From NCBI GenBank assembly GCA_950097015.1, contig CATNEN010000029.1:4340001-4404000 (forward strand): a stretch of 64,000 bases of DNA, in the 5' to 3' direction. Every line of letters begins with the position of its first letter. Within the stretch, counting starts at the first letter, position 1. This DNA comes from Macrostomum hystrix (Eukaryota; Animalia; Platyhelminthes). Shown here in pieces: positions 49,023 through 60,617 of this stretch. Below the pieces are notes generated by a model. It had not been told where the DNA came from. It did no database searches and worked only from the letters and a program-made list of their open reading frames with translations. A program made the translations under genes and the position numbers.

Positions 49023-49680
49023 AGGCGCAGAGAGGACCACGCTAAAATCTGTCTGGTGGACAGAGAGAGGATAGTGAATGCATACGTGACGGGTGGCGAC
49101 TGGAAGGCGCTTGGTCGAATGATGGGCTTCGCAAAACAGTCGGTTCGAAACATCGTGACCACGTACGAAGAGACCGGAGGAACGTACACTGCCGAAAGGA
49201 GGAGTGAAGACGCAAAAGCTCACCGAACCTTTGGTGAATAGACTGGTTGAATTTGTCAGTGACTACCCTGCCGCTACGCTGGAGCAGATGAGATCGCACC
49301 TGCTACAGGGCAACGACGATGACTTCAACATCAGTTTCAGTGCCATTAGTCGTGCTCTGGATGGCCAGTTGATCACACTAAAGCTTCTGCGCCAGGTCCC
49401 TGTTGATTGGAACACGCCTGTCACGAAAGAAAGTCGCAGAATGCACGTGCAGTGGCTTCTGGACGAGGGCAGCCAAGAACATCTTCTGTTCATGGACGAG
49501 TTTGACGTGAACATCTGGACGGCCAGAACTCAGGGTCGATGGCGCCCGTGCTCATCTGAATGCGCCAGGGATGAGCGATGGCCACATTCACAGATTCCTT
49601 CCACCTTACTCGCCCTTCCTGAACCCGGCCGAAAGAGCGGGCGCTGCCATGAAGGCTGACCTCAAGAGATGCCTGCACGT
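49023..49680 (+). pseudogene. Decayed Tc1/IS630-superfamily (DDE) transposase with frameshifts and an internal deletion
   Basis: HTH region DRERIVNAY...SVRNIVTTYEETG, (L)PKGG, second HTH, LFMDE (first D); in another frame VDGARAH (second D) and FLPPYSPFLNPAE (E). Confidence 0.88.
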
Positions 49681-49694
49681 GGGTGGAATCCAGA

Positions 49695-50480
49695 CTATAG
49701 ACAACCATAGATTTGGACTCAGGGCTAGTCCTAGATGCAGCAAACTATAGACAACCATAGATTTGGACTCAGGGCTAGTCCTAGATGCAGCAAACTATAG
49801 ACAACCACAGATTTGGACTCAGGGCTAGTCCTAGATGCAGCAAACTATAGACAACCATAGATTTGGACTCAGGGCTAGTCCTAGATGCAGCAAACTATAG
49901 ACAACCACAGATTTGGACTCAGGGCTAGTCCTAGATGCAGCAAACTATAGACAACCATAGATTGCACTCAGGGCTAGTCCTAGATGCAGCAAACTTTAGA
50001 CAACCACAGATTGCACTCAGGGCTAGTCCTAGATGCAGCAAACTATAGACAACCACAGATTGCACTCAGGGCTAGTCCTAGATGCAGCAAACTATAGACA
50101 ACCACAGATTTGGACTCAGGGCTAGTCCTAGATGCAGCAAACTATAGACAACCACAGATTGCACTCAGGGCTAGTCCTAGATGCAGCAAACTTTAGACAA
50201 CCATAGATTGCACTCAGGGCTAGTCCTAGATGCAGCAAACTATAGACAACCACAGATTGCACTCAGGGCTAGTCCTAGATGCAGCAAACTTTAGACAACC
50301 ACAGATTGCACTCAGGGCTAGTCCTAGATGCAGCAAACTTTAGACAACCATAGATTGCACTCAGGGCTAGTCCTAGATGCAGCAAACTATAGACAACCAC
50401 AGATTGCACTCAGGGCTAGTCCTAGATGCAGCAAACTTTAGACAACCATAGATTGCACTCAGGGCTAGTCCTAGATGCAA
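49695..50480. repeat. 49-50-bp minisatellite (CTATAGACAACCATAGATTTGGACTCAGGGCTAGTCCTAGATGCAGCAAA), ~16 copies
   Basis: Directly visible; abuts the transposase remnant and ends ~30 bp from the DCX1 exon. Confidence 0.97.
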
Positions 50481-50511
50481 CATGCCCGACACCAGGCAGT
50501 TGGTTGCTAAC

Positions 50512-50926
50512 CCTTGGTCCAGGGCGTCGACTCCGATGCTCCGTAAGTAACCGGCTTGAAAGTCTCATTCCCAGCTACAACGTAGACGCCGCCATCTTTC
50601 AGATCGGCAACATCGGCGATTCGGCGGCCGCTGGTGGGCGAGAACAGCTGGCGAACACCGTTTGGCAGGTGCAGGTGCTGCGGCATGCGGGCTGTGAGGT
50701 CCTGCAGCAGGTCATTGTAGGACAGGTATCGATGCGGAGTTATGCTGACCTTTTTGCCCTTGAAGAAGATGTCGCCATTGCAGAAGACGATAATGCGCTT
50801 CTGCCTTCGGCGCTCCTCGCGGGCCAAACGACGAGCCGCCACCACCGCGTCATCCGGCGGCTGCGGTGGAAACAGCCGACTTCCTCTACGCTGATGCTGC
50901 TGAAGATGGCTCATGGCTACTGACAT
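50512..50926 (-). CDS. DCLK3: DCLK3-type kinase, exon 1 (first DCX domain); donor uncertain
   Basis: KRIIVFCNGDIFFKGKKVSITPHRYLSYNDLLQDLT...GVRQLFSPTSGRRI..L.DGGVYVVAGNETFK is a DCX domain. Confidence 0.85.
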
Positions 50927-52074
50927 GGCAGGTCAGTAAAACTGAATGACCTTCACTCCTGATGCAGTATTCGGGGCCGGAGTGTTATGATAAAACATTC
51001 AAATTGCAATGGAAGGCGGAGAAAAAGACCAGTACAGCAAACAGCAATGCAGATAAGCGGAGACAGAGGAAGCTGACAAGGTGGATGGAGTCAGATAAAA
51101 AACCTATTTGAGTCTGGTTGGTTGCCCTGGCCCAGTCGGAGGTTGATGCGCCGGCGGGAAGAGAGGCTGGCAAGAGAGAAGAAAGCCTCATTGGGAAGGG
51201 ACAGAGTTGTTAGTCTCCAGGGTGTTAGCCACCTCCCTTCCCCCCGATGGTCAGGCATCGCGGCTGATTTGCATTCTATCAAATGGAAACAGAAAAATAG
51301 GGTGAAAGAAGTTTTCTTGGGTTGAGAGAATAAATGAAAAAGAATGATTGAGACGTGACTATAGGAAAATGTTGATACTGTGGTATTAATTAAGCATTGA
51401 AACATCTGCTGCTACTGCTGTTGCTGCTGTTAAGCACGAACTGGAAGAAGAAAATTACTGACTGAGGGGAAAGAAAAGTAGGAAATATAGACGAGAATAA
51501 TGAACTCCCCAACAACTAAACACAGAATCCCTAGCCAATCAGTCAAGAAAAACAGGGGCTTCCTTGACAACGTGAATTGCCTGACTAGCTGTACGTCGTA
51601 CACAAGTGTCCCATACAATGGCTGAGAAGCCCGTCAAATTGCTAAATATGGACGCAGGTGCAATTCATGGCACTGGACACAATTTGAATTTGAAGTCAAG
51701 ACTTTATTTATATGGCTCATGCACGGTTTGTATTCTACTGATTAAATTGGCCTCAATAAACAACTGTCTGAAATTTAATTATTTTTTTACTATCAGATTA
51801 TGGCAACGGGAAATTAAGAAAATATTGAACTCTAAACTATCACTTCACCAACCAATAACCAAATTAATAGCCAATATAAATTCATTTATGGCACTGATGT
51901 ACTGATACTTTAATAGTCTACACTGTTCTGATTTATAAATATTACCTTGTTAGAACGAAAAAAAAATTCATTTGAAACATTTCTAGACAAGACTAATCAC
52001 ATAGCGGACACTCAAGATAAAGAATTAGGCGTTCGGGTAATGCAATAAGTACATCATAGAGAATACGAACCAAA

Positions 52075-53880
52075 ATGATGATTGGGACATGAGATCATGA
52101 GAATCTGATGATTGGGACATGAGATCATGAGAATCTGATGATTGGGACATGAGATACTGAGAATCTGATGATTGGGACATGAGATCATGAGAATCTGATG
52201 ATTGGGACATGAGATCATGAGAATCTGATGATTGGGACATGAGATCATGAGAATCTGATGATTGGGACATGAGATCATGAGAATCTGATGATTGGGACAT
52301 GAGATACTGAGAATCTGATGATTGGGACATGAGATCATGAGAATCTGATGATTGGGACATGAGATCATGAGAATCTGATGATTGGGACATGAGATCATGA
52401 GAATCTGATGATTGGGACATGAGATACTGAGAATCTGATGATTGGGACATGAGATCATGAGAATCTGATGATTGGGACATGAGATCATGAGAATCTGATG
52501 ATTGGGACATGAGATACTGAGAATCTGATGATTGGGACATGAGATCATGAGAATCTGATGATTGGGACATGAGATACTGAGAATCTGATGATTGGGACAT
52601 GAGATCATGAGAATCTGATGATTGGGACATGAGATACTGAGAATCTGATGATTGGGACATGAGATACTGAGAATCTGATGATTGGGACATGAGATACTGA
52701 GAATCTGATGATTGGGACATGAGATCATGAGAATCTGATGATTGGGACATGAGATCATGAGAATCTGATGATTGGGACATGAGATACTGAGAATCTGATG
52801 ATTGGGACATGAGATACTGAGAATCTGATGATTGGGACATGAGATCATGAGAATCTGATGATTGGGACATGAGATACTGAGAATCTGATGATTGGGACAT
52901 GAGATCATGAGAATCTGATGATTGGGACATGAGATACTGAGAATCTGATGATTGGGACATGAGATACTAAAAATCTGATGATTGGGACATGAGATACTGA
53001 GAATCTGATGATGGGGACATGAGATCATGAGAATCTGATGATTGGGACATGAGATACTGAGAATCTGATGATTGGGACATGAGATCATGAGAATCTGATG
53101 ATTGGGACATGAGATCATGAGAATCTGATGATTGGGACATGAGATCATGAGAATCTGATGATTGGGACATGAGATACTGAGAATCTGATGATTGGGACAT
53201 GAGATCATGAGAATCTGATGATTGGGACATGAGATACTGAGAATCTGATGATTGGGACATGAGATCATGAGAATCTGATGATTGGGACATGAGATACTGA
53301 GAATCTGATGATTGGGACATGAGATCATGAGAATCTGATGATTGGGACATGAGATACTGAGAATCTGATGATTGGGACATGAGATACTGAGAATCTGATG
53401 ATTGGGACATGAGATACTGAGAATCTGATGATTGGGACATGAGATACTGAGAATCTGATGTTGGGGACAAGAGATCATGAGAATCTGATGATTGGGACAT
53501 GAGATACTGAGAATCTGATGATTGGGACATGAGATCATGAGAATCTGATGATTGGGACATGAGATCATGAGAATCTGATGATTGGGACATGAGATCATGA
53601 GAATCTGATGATTGGGACATGAGATACTGAGAATCTGATGATTGGGACATGAGATCATGAGAATCTGATGATTGGGACATGAGATAATGAGAATCTGATG
53701 ATCTGGGCATGAGATAATGAGAATCTGATGATCTGGCCATGAGATAATGAGAATCTGATGATTGGGACATGAGATACTGAGAATCTGATGATTGGGACAT
53801 GAGATACTGAGAATCTGATGATCTGGCCATGTGATAATGAGAATCTGATGATTTGGGCATGAGATACAGAGAATCTGAGC
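52075..53880. repeat. 30-bp minisatellite (GAGAATCTGATGATTGGGACATGAGATCAT/ACT), ~60 copies
   Basis: Directly visible; two dominant variants. Confidence 0.98.
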
Positions 53881-54279
53881 AAGATAAGGATAGAGATGAA
53901 GTCAAGAAATGAAAAGAGCTTCTTTAAAGATTTAAATAACGAATAGACTCAAATAAGACAAAACTTCACTTATAAAATTTATCGCCGAATTTGCTCCATT
54001 TAAAAAAAGTATAATTGCCGTAGACTATAAACAATGAGAAAGCAGTTAAAAGAAAGTCACCAAATAAGGACCATAGAAAGAATCATCGAAAAATTATGAT
54101 TGCTAAATATGTTTTACATTGCCAAGTTATAATAATATACTGTATTTAGTTTTTTATGCAATTGAAGGAAAACAAAAACAGAGCTGAATAACAGGCGACA
54201 AGAGTCTGCAGATGGCAGTAGAATATTGTTTACTTTAGTTAGGAGAGGCAGAAAGGGAGCAAAGAAAGATAAGAAGGGA

Positions 54280-54660
54280 GAGACAGACAGACGAAGGGGG
54301 GAGACAGGCAGATAGAGAGGGGAGACAGGCAGATAGAGAGGGGAGACAGGCAGATGAGGAGGGGGAGACAGGCAGATGGGGAGGGGGAGACAGACAGATG
54401 GGGAGGGGGAGACAGACAGATGGGGAGGGGGAGACAGACAGATGGGGAGGGGGAGACAGGCAGATGGGGAGGGAAAGACAGACTGATGGGAAGGGGGAGA
54501 CAGGCAGATGGGGAGGGGGAGACAGGCAGATGGGAGAAAAAGACAGACTGATGGGAGGGGGAGACAGGCAGATGGGAGGGGGAGACAGGCAGATGGGAGG
54601 GGGAGACAGGCAGATGGGGAGAAAAAGACAGACTGATGGGAGGGGGAGACAGACAGATGA
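54280..54660. repeat. G-rich ~21-bp repeat (GGGGAGGGGGAGACAGGCAGAT)
   Basis: Directly visible. Confidence 0.9.
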
Positions 54661-55015
54661 TGAGGGGTGAGTTCCTTATTGGACTTGCTGTTTTAATATG
54701 GAGAGGTTGGCTAAGAGAAAGCATTGAGAATATCTAATATTATAATCGTGTTATTTGGCAAAAATATTGCTATTGCAAAATTACAAAGAAATTTATAATT
54801 GCATCAAAAGACATTGCAACAATGTATAGATCAATTTAAAATGAGTTCAAACGAACTTCGGTCTTTAGCTAGGAAGGATAAAAAATTACTAGGAAAGTTT
54901 TAGAAAAAATCAATTGCATGCAAATTTAAGAGTTAAACAGAAGAAAGACCTGAAATTAGAAATCACAAATAGACTACACTTTGATGAAATTATTTCAGTT
55001 CTACGAAGGAAATTG

Positions 55016-55543
55016 TCAGTCTGGCAACTGCTTGGCGGCTGATGAAGAAGCCTTGCCTTTCTTAGCCGCCTCCGCGTATTTGTGCCCGAAGATCATCACG
55101 GCCTTCTGCTGCTCGGACATTGGCCGAGACTCCCTGACCGGCTGGAATGGCGTCTGGTCTCTAAAGGGCCTAGGAATCTTCAGCTTTTGTTTCAGCACCT
55201 GCTGGATGATGTCGCGAGACACTCGCTGTTTAATTTCAACGGCCAAATCTTGCCAGGTGAAGTTGCGATTCGAAATCTCAATTGGCGGACTGAGGATTTC
55301 GTAGTCCGCCAGGTTAATTAGCGATCGATCTTTCTCGCCTTTGTAGGATAGAATAATGGCCACGGGAAACACTCGGACACTGTAGAATGTGTGCGTCTCG
55401 GCTGCCCGCATTCGCATTGTTTCAAACATGTCGACGGCGGGGCCGCCGCCACCGCCGCCGCCGCCACCGCCACCGCTGCCACCGCTGCCGACCGCGCCCG
55501 CGCCGCGAAAGCCGCGCTGTCCAGCTCCTACGACGGCGACACT

Positions 55544-55584
<41 letters not shown>

Positions 55585-56098
55585 TGGGCACAACTCCGGC
55601 GCCGCCGCTGACGCCGCTGGCGCTGCTACCGCCGCCTCCGCCACCACCCAAGCCACCGCCGCCGCTAGCTACAGAGCTGCCGACTGGACCACTTCCACCG
55701 GCCGCAAAGCCACCGGCTCCTCCTGTCCCAGTGTCCGCGTCGAACAAAAACTCTTTAATCTCCTTGTAGAAGCTCTTGGTGACGTTCAGCTTCAATCGAT
55801 CGATTTGCACCTCCAGGCTCTGCTTGACGCTGATGCCTGTTATTGGCGGCAATTCAACGCAGTCGACACGCAGAAACGGCTGCTGCTGACTGTCCGCCTC
55901 TGCGTCGGCGGCGGCAGCCGCGGCTGCGGCGGCTGCGGCAGCGGTAGCTGCAGCAGACGCCGTCGTATCCGATGTCAAAGACGATGTTGAAGTGGCGTCG
56001 GCGTTGCCACCGAGACTTCCACTGTCGGGCAGAGCCGGTGGCCGGCGCCAGTGAGTCGGCGAGACGACATCGACGCAGCCGTTTGCCGTGTCTTGCAC
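55016..56098 (-). CDS. BLTP2: BLTP2/KIAA0100/hobbit bridge-like lipid transfer protein, last exon (Apt1-type C-terminus)
   Basis: PPITGISVKQSLEV, ETMRMRAAETHTF, LSYKGEK, FTWQDLAVEIK, QVLKQKLK parallel the KIAA0100 C-terminus; CCGCAG| acceptor; polyA/polyG inserts. Confidence 0.9.
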
Positions 56099-56208
56099 CT
56101 GCGGTGAATAGTTTCTTAGAAATGTTTTTGGATGTTTCGAAGTCGGAAGTCTAAAACGACATTCTCTTGCACTATTTCTAAACATATCGGATTGAAAAAG
56201 CATCATAC

Positions 56209-56576
56209 CTGCAGGTAGCCCAGCTCAATGTGATGCGCTCCACTATAATCAGCTTTGAAGGTGCGCGTATACAGGAAATCCTTGAGTATGACCTTGGCAA
56301 AGTCTAATTGGCCGGCCTCTTTAGTTAGGACGCAGGTGGCGTCTTCGAAGCAGATCTCATTGCGCCGTATCATGCGCTCTTGCTTGTTCTGGTTGCGCCG
56401 GCCGTGACGGCCCAGCTGGGACACCTGGTAGACATTGATACGCAAAGCCAGCACCGCCGATCTGTCTTGGATTTTCTCTTTGACAGCGGCGGCTCGGGCT
56501 TCTAGATCGCGCAGGAGTTCGTCGCTGCGACGGGTTGGCGAAGTGGCCTCCTTAATTAGGCGGTAGATGTCCTTCT
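56209..56576 (-). CDS. BLTP2: BLTP2 exon
   Basis: EKDIYRLIK...CFEDATCVLTKEAGQLDFAKVILKDFLYTRTFKADYSGAHHIELGYLQ; phases consistent on both sides. Confidence 0.9.
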
Positions 56577-56764
56577 CTGCGAAAATGAAGTTAGTTTTGA
56601 TAGGTTGTCAGACAAAGAAAAGGAAAACATTAAACGAGTTAATGAGTTAATAGTAAAATTTATTACACCTGCGCCAAGCCAATTAGGCCTGATGTGCAGC
56701 CGACAGCACAGCTGCAGTGATTGCGCAGCGCATCTGAAAGCTGTGTTCAGCTGTTCAGTCAATG

Positions 56765-56958
56765 GACTTGAGGGACGCCACACCTACCCTCAGTAACCCC
56801 AGCTATTGCTGGTACCCATTTAACAGCTGGGTGATCAGTAGCAATGCAGAGTTAAGTTTCTTACTAAAGGACACAAATCGTCTGAGTGGAGTCGGGAATC
56901 GAACCCCCGACCGTTAAGTCGTATCAGTCCCGACGCCCTTACTGCAACCCCCCCAGCT
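56765..56958 (-). mobile_element. tRNA-derived SINE with a V/Meta-type central domain
   Basis: A-box-like GGGTTGCAGTAAGG, B-box GGTTCGATTCC (56905-56895), then GTGTCCTTTAGTAAGAAACTTAAC...CACCCAGCTGTTAAATGGGTACC. Confidence 0.8.
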
Positions 56959-57007
56959 CGGAAAGACTGTGAAACGAAGCTAAACAACGAATAATTCTGA
57001 ATAATTT

Positions 57008-57265
57008 GAAAACAGAACAAAGACTTAAAGCAAGGAAGAAAACAGAACAAAGACTTAAAGCAAGGAAGAAAACAGAACAAAGACTTAAAGCAAGGAAGAA
57101 AACAGAACAAAGACTTAAAGCAAGGAAGAAAACAGAACAAAGACTTAAAGCAAGGAAGAAAACAGAACAAAGACTTAAAACAAGGAAGAAAACAGAACAA
57201 AGACTTAAAGCAAGGAAGAAAACAGAACAAAGACTTAAAGCAAGGAAGAAAACAGAACCAAGACT
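57008..57265. repeat. 30-bp minisatellite (AAACAGAACAAAGACTTAAAGCAAGGAAGA), ~8.5 copies
   Basis: Directly visible. Confidence 0.95.
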
Positions 57266-57381
57266 TCATAATGAAATGAAATGAAAAGCAAGTGAAAAAA
57301 AACAGAACAAAGCAAAGAAGAAACAAAGCAAAGAAGAACTAAGAATATGAGTAGGAAACAGAACAAAGATCGATAGCTCAC

Positions 57382-57835
57382 CAATGTCCCTCTGGTCCTG
57401 TATAAGGTTGCGCAGCTCCTCCTGATCAGACAGAATCAGTTCGCGCTGCTGCTCAGGCGGTTTGACAAAGAGTGCCCACTTGAGTGTCTGCAAACGCTCC
57501 ATTAGCTCCTTGCGCTTGGGCTCAACGTAGAACAGCAGATTCTGGATTAGATCGATAGCGCGCTCCCATTGCTGCGAATTGGCGCAGGCGGCTATGGTGT
57601 GATGCCACAGTGTGAAGGTGGTGACGCCCTCCTCGTTGGTGAACACCGGATCCTCGGCCGCCGGCCCGATGATTGACAGGTGCGCCATCTCGCTGGGATC
57701 GCCGGGCGTATAGCTGGCGTAGCGAATGTCGCAGCGGCAGCGGGACACAATGCGCTGAAGATTGTCGCCGGAGCCGACGCGATCCGACACGATGCCGCCG
57801 ACTCGCGGCCCGGCGCCCACCACGTCCGGACAGCC
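57382..57835 (-). CDS. BLTP2: BLTP2 exon
   Basis: LQRIVSRCRCDIRYASY, FTLWHH...IDLIQNLLFYVEPKRKE; GCCCAG| and G|GTGAGC. Confidence 0.92.
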
Positions 57836-57842
57836 CTGGGCG

Positions 57843-58185
57843 GGATTGGGATTAAACAAGTTGGTATTGGGATTAAACAAGTTGGGATTGCGATTAAACA
57901 AGTTGGTATTGGGATTAAACAAGTTGGGATTGCGATTCAACAAGTTGGGATTGGGATTAAATAATTAGGATTGGGATTAAAAAGTTGGGATTTGGGATTA
58001 AACTATTTATAGTTGGGATTGCGATTAAACAAGTTGGTATTGGGATTAAACAAGTTGGGATTGCGATTCAACAAGTTGGGATTGGGATTAAATAATTAGG
58101 ATTGGGATTAAAAAGTTGGGATTTGGGATTAAAAAGTTGGGATTTGGGATTAAACTAGTTGGGATTGGGATTTGGATTAAAAAAG
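57843..58185. repeat. ~21-bp minisatellite (GGGATTAAACAAGTTGGGATT-like)
   Basis: Directly visible; abuts the BLTP2 acceptor at 57836. Confidence 0.9.
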
Positions 58186-58212
58186 TTCAGATTAGGACTT
58201 TTAACTTAAACT

Positions 58213-58320
58213 GATGCTGGTACAAATTTAACAGCAGGGTGAATAGAAGCAATGCAGAGTTAAGTGTCTTGCTAAAGGTGGAGCCGGGAAACGAACCCCC
58301 GACCTTCAAGATCACGACTA
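58213..58320 (-). mobile_element. Second, diverged and shorter copy of the same SINE
   Basis: Aligns by eye with 56800-56920 (GCAATGCAGAGTTAAG, GAACCCCCGACC). Confidence 0.75.
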
Positions 58321-58487
58321 TATTCTCAGTAATGCGCCGAACATCTGCTGCGGCTGTCACTGGCTGCTGTAGATTTGGTCCAACCGGGTTTAGCATCATT
58401 TCATCTAGTTGAATTCTTGTTAAAACAAGAAAATATCGGGATTTCCATATTTTAGGATAATAATTTCCCACTTATTTACTCTCTGAC

Positions 58488-59141
58488 CTTGAGCTCGTCC
58501 TCGAGTCCGACCCGATTGCCGCGCACAATGGCTTCGGGCAGCCAGCGCTCCTCGGCCTGGCCGCGGCCGACGGTGCTGAAGTACTGCATGCCGATGAGGT
58601 CGCCGGTCACAGTCGACTTGCTCAGCAGTTCTTCGCCTCGCCAAACTGGCTGGCACTGGGCTAGGCTCAGGCAGGTGCGGTCGGCACACACGATCAGGTA
58701 GCCGGGAGTGTTTGGCGACTTCAACAATAGCTGCAGGTTGAGCAGTTCAACACGCAGCCGGCACTCCAGCACATCCTTGATGCTGCACAGATTGTGGCCG
58801 TGCAGGCAGCGGCCGATGTCTCTCGCTTGGCCAGTCTGGTCTGAGCTGACGTTAATGTTGAGTTCGTGCTCACGTTCGTAAGCCAGCCGGCTGAGCAGAG
58901 CTTCGAAATCGTAGCCGGCGTCAGCGGCGGCGGCCGAGGCTGCTGAGGGAGCCGTGGCGGTGCCCGACGCTGAAGCGGCCGCCGATGCGGATGGCGTCGA
59001 GGTAGAGACGGGCGGAACCAACGATTGCGAAGGTGTTAAAGAGGCTGATTGTTGTTGCGGATGCGAATTCTGGTGGCTGATTGGTCCGGCGCGGTAGTCC
59101 CAGTTGCGAAGCTGCTTCACAGAAGATGTTCGCCTGTGCGG

Positions 59142-59195
<54 letters not shown>
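58488..59195 (-). CDS. BLTP2: BLTP2 exon (begins with Q17)
   Basis: RVELLNLQLLLKS, GYLIVCA, IGMQYFST, ERWLP; CCGTAG| and AAG|GTCAGA, phase 0. Confidence 0.88.
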
Positions 59196-59197
<2 letters not shown>

Positions 59198-59408
59198 ACG
59201 GTGAACAGAAAGATGCGGATCGAAGTTTATGATTTATATTTAATATTTAATTCATACGACAGTGAAAAAAAATGGAAATGGAAGATGATGGTTGGAGAGA
59301 GTAGATTGAGAGGGAGATACTGAAAGGAGATAATGCGATTTTCCAGTTAAGTAGCTTCGACCGAAAATACTTGGAACAAAGGATGTGATAAAATTTCAGG
59401 AGGGCTGC

Positions 59409-59566
59409 GGGCAATGGCGCATCATTTAGTGACACTAGACCTGCAGCCAGCGAGGAGGCTCCTGAGCACACACGCACGGATACTATACACAGGCATACGC
59501 TCACACAGGTGCCCTGACATTTCTAACTGTGCCGTGGAGGTTGGCCCTCAATAGCGTAAACTTCAC
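59409..59566. repeat. Dispersed repeat, copy B
   Basis: See copy A at 48388-48563. Confidence 0.8.
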
Positions 59567-59787
59567 GACAACCCCCATCAAGCCTTCTCTCCGCGGCTGC
59601 GCCCCAAATAAATGTGGCCTCGCCGCGGAATCGAGCTCAGGGATCTTGGTGAGAGAGGCAAACGCGTTAGACCGCTCCGCCACTCACCACCGCATAGGGG
59701 CAATAGCGGAGAGGATTACATGAAGGGGAGACACTGGAAGGGAGATACTGGAGGATAGATAATGGATATCAAGAGTCCGTTAAAGAC

Positions 59788-60000
59788 CTTGAGCCGTTGC
59801 TGTGACGGGTCGCCGGCAGCCCTAGCGGCTTCGCCCTCCAGCAGCACCTTGAGCTGGGTTGGCATGGGAGCCGAGAGGTTCTTACGCAGCTCCATGGCAT
59901 CCTGGTAGATGTTGATCAGGCCGAATATGTGGTTTCGGATCTCCAGGGTCCAGCGAACTTTTAGATCCTTCACGAACACATTGTGCTTGGCTGTCAGCCT
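59788..60000 (-). CDS. BLTP2: BLTP2 exon
   Basis: RLTAKHNVFVKDLKVRWTLEIRNHIFGLINIYQDAMELRKNLS; CGCAG| acceptor; weak donor GTCTTT. Confidence 0.82.
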
Positions 60001-60237
60001 CTGCGAGTGTGATTAGTCCGTTTAATTTGGTTAGAAGTTTATAAGTACTCAGGCACATGACACTGCAGATTCTTCAATGGATATACGAGTATAATGATAT
60101 CGAGAGGTGTTCAACGATAAAGCTTCATTTCTGCAGCAACGTTGCATTTCTCTATCAGTCAAAGAGATAATCAACATAACAACGGGTTTCTCAGCACGGA
60201 AAGGATCACCGTGATAGTTGGTGTACTTAATGGAAAC

Positions 60238-60617
60238 GTATCACCATTGCGATGAGTATCACCATGGCAACAAGTATCATCATGGCAAAGAGTATCACCA
60301 TGGCGACGAGTATCATCATGGCAACAAGTATCACCATGACAACGAGGATCACCATGGCAACGAGTATCATCATGGCAACGAGTATCACCATGGCAACGAG
60401 TATCACCATGGCAGCGAGTATCACCATGGCAACGAGTATCACCATGGCAACGAGTATCACCATGGCAACAAGTATCACCATGACAACGAGGATCACCATG
60501 GCAACGAGTATCACCATGGCAACGAGGATCACCATGGCAACGAGTATCACCATGACAACGAGGATCACCATGGCAATGAGTATCACCATGGCAACGAGGA
60601 TCACCATGGCAACGAGT
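60238..60617. repeat. 18-bp minisatellite (CATGGCAACGAGTATCAC), ~21 copies
   Basis: Directly visible. Confidence 0.94.

Noticed and set aside
59430-59455. Helitron 3' end (CTAG|T on the minus strand) in the dispersed repeat
   Set aside because: Similarity between the two copies continues past the CTAG, so it is not a terminus.
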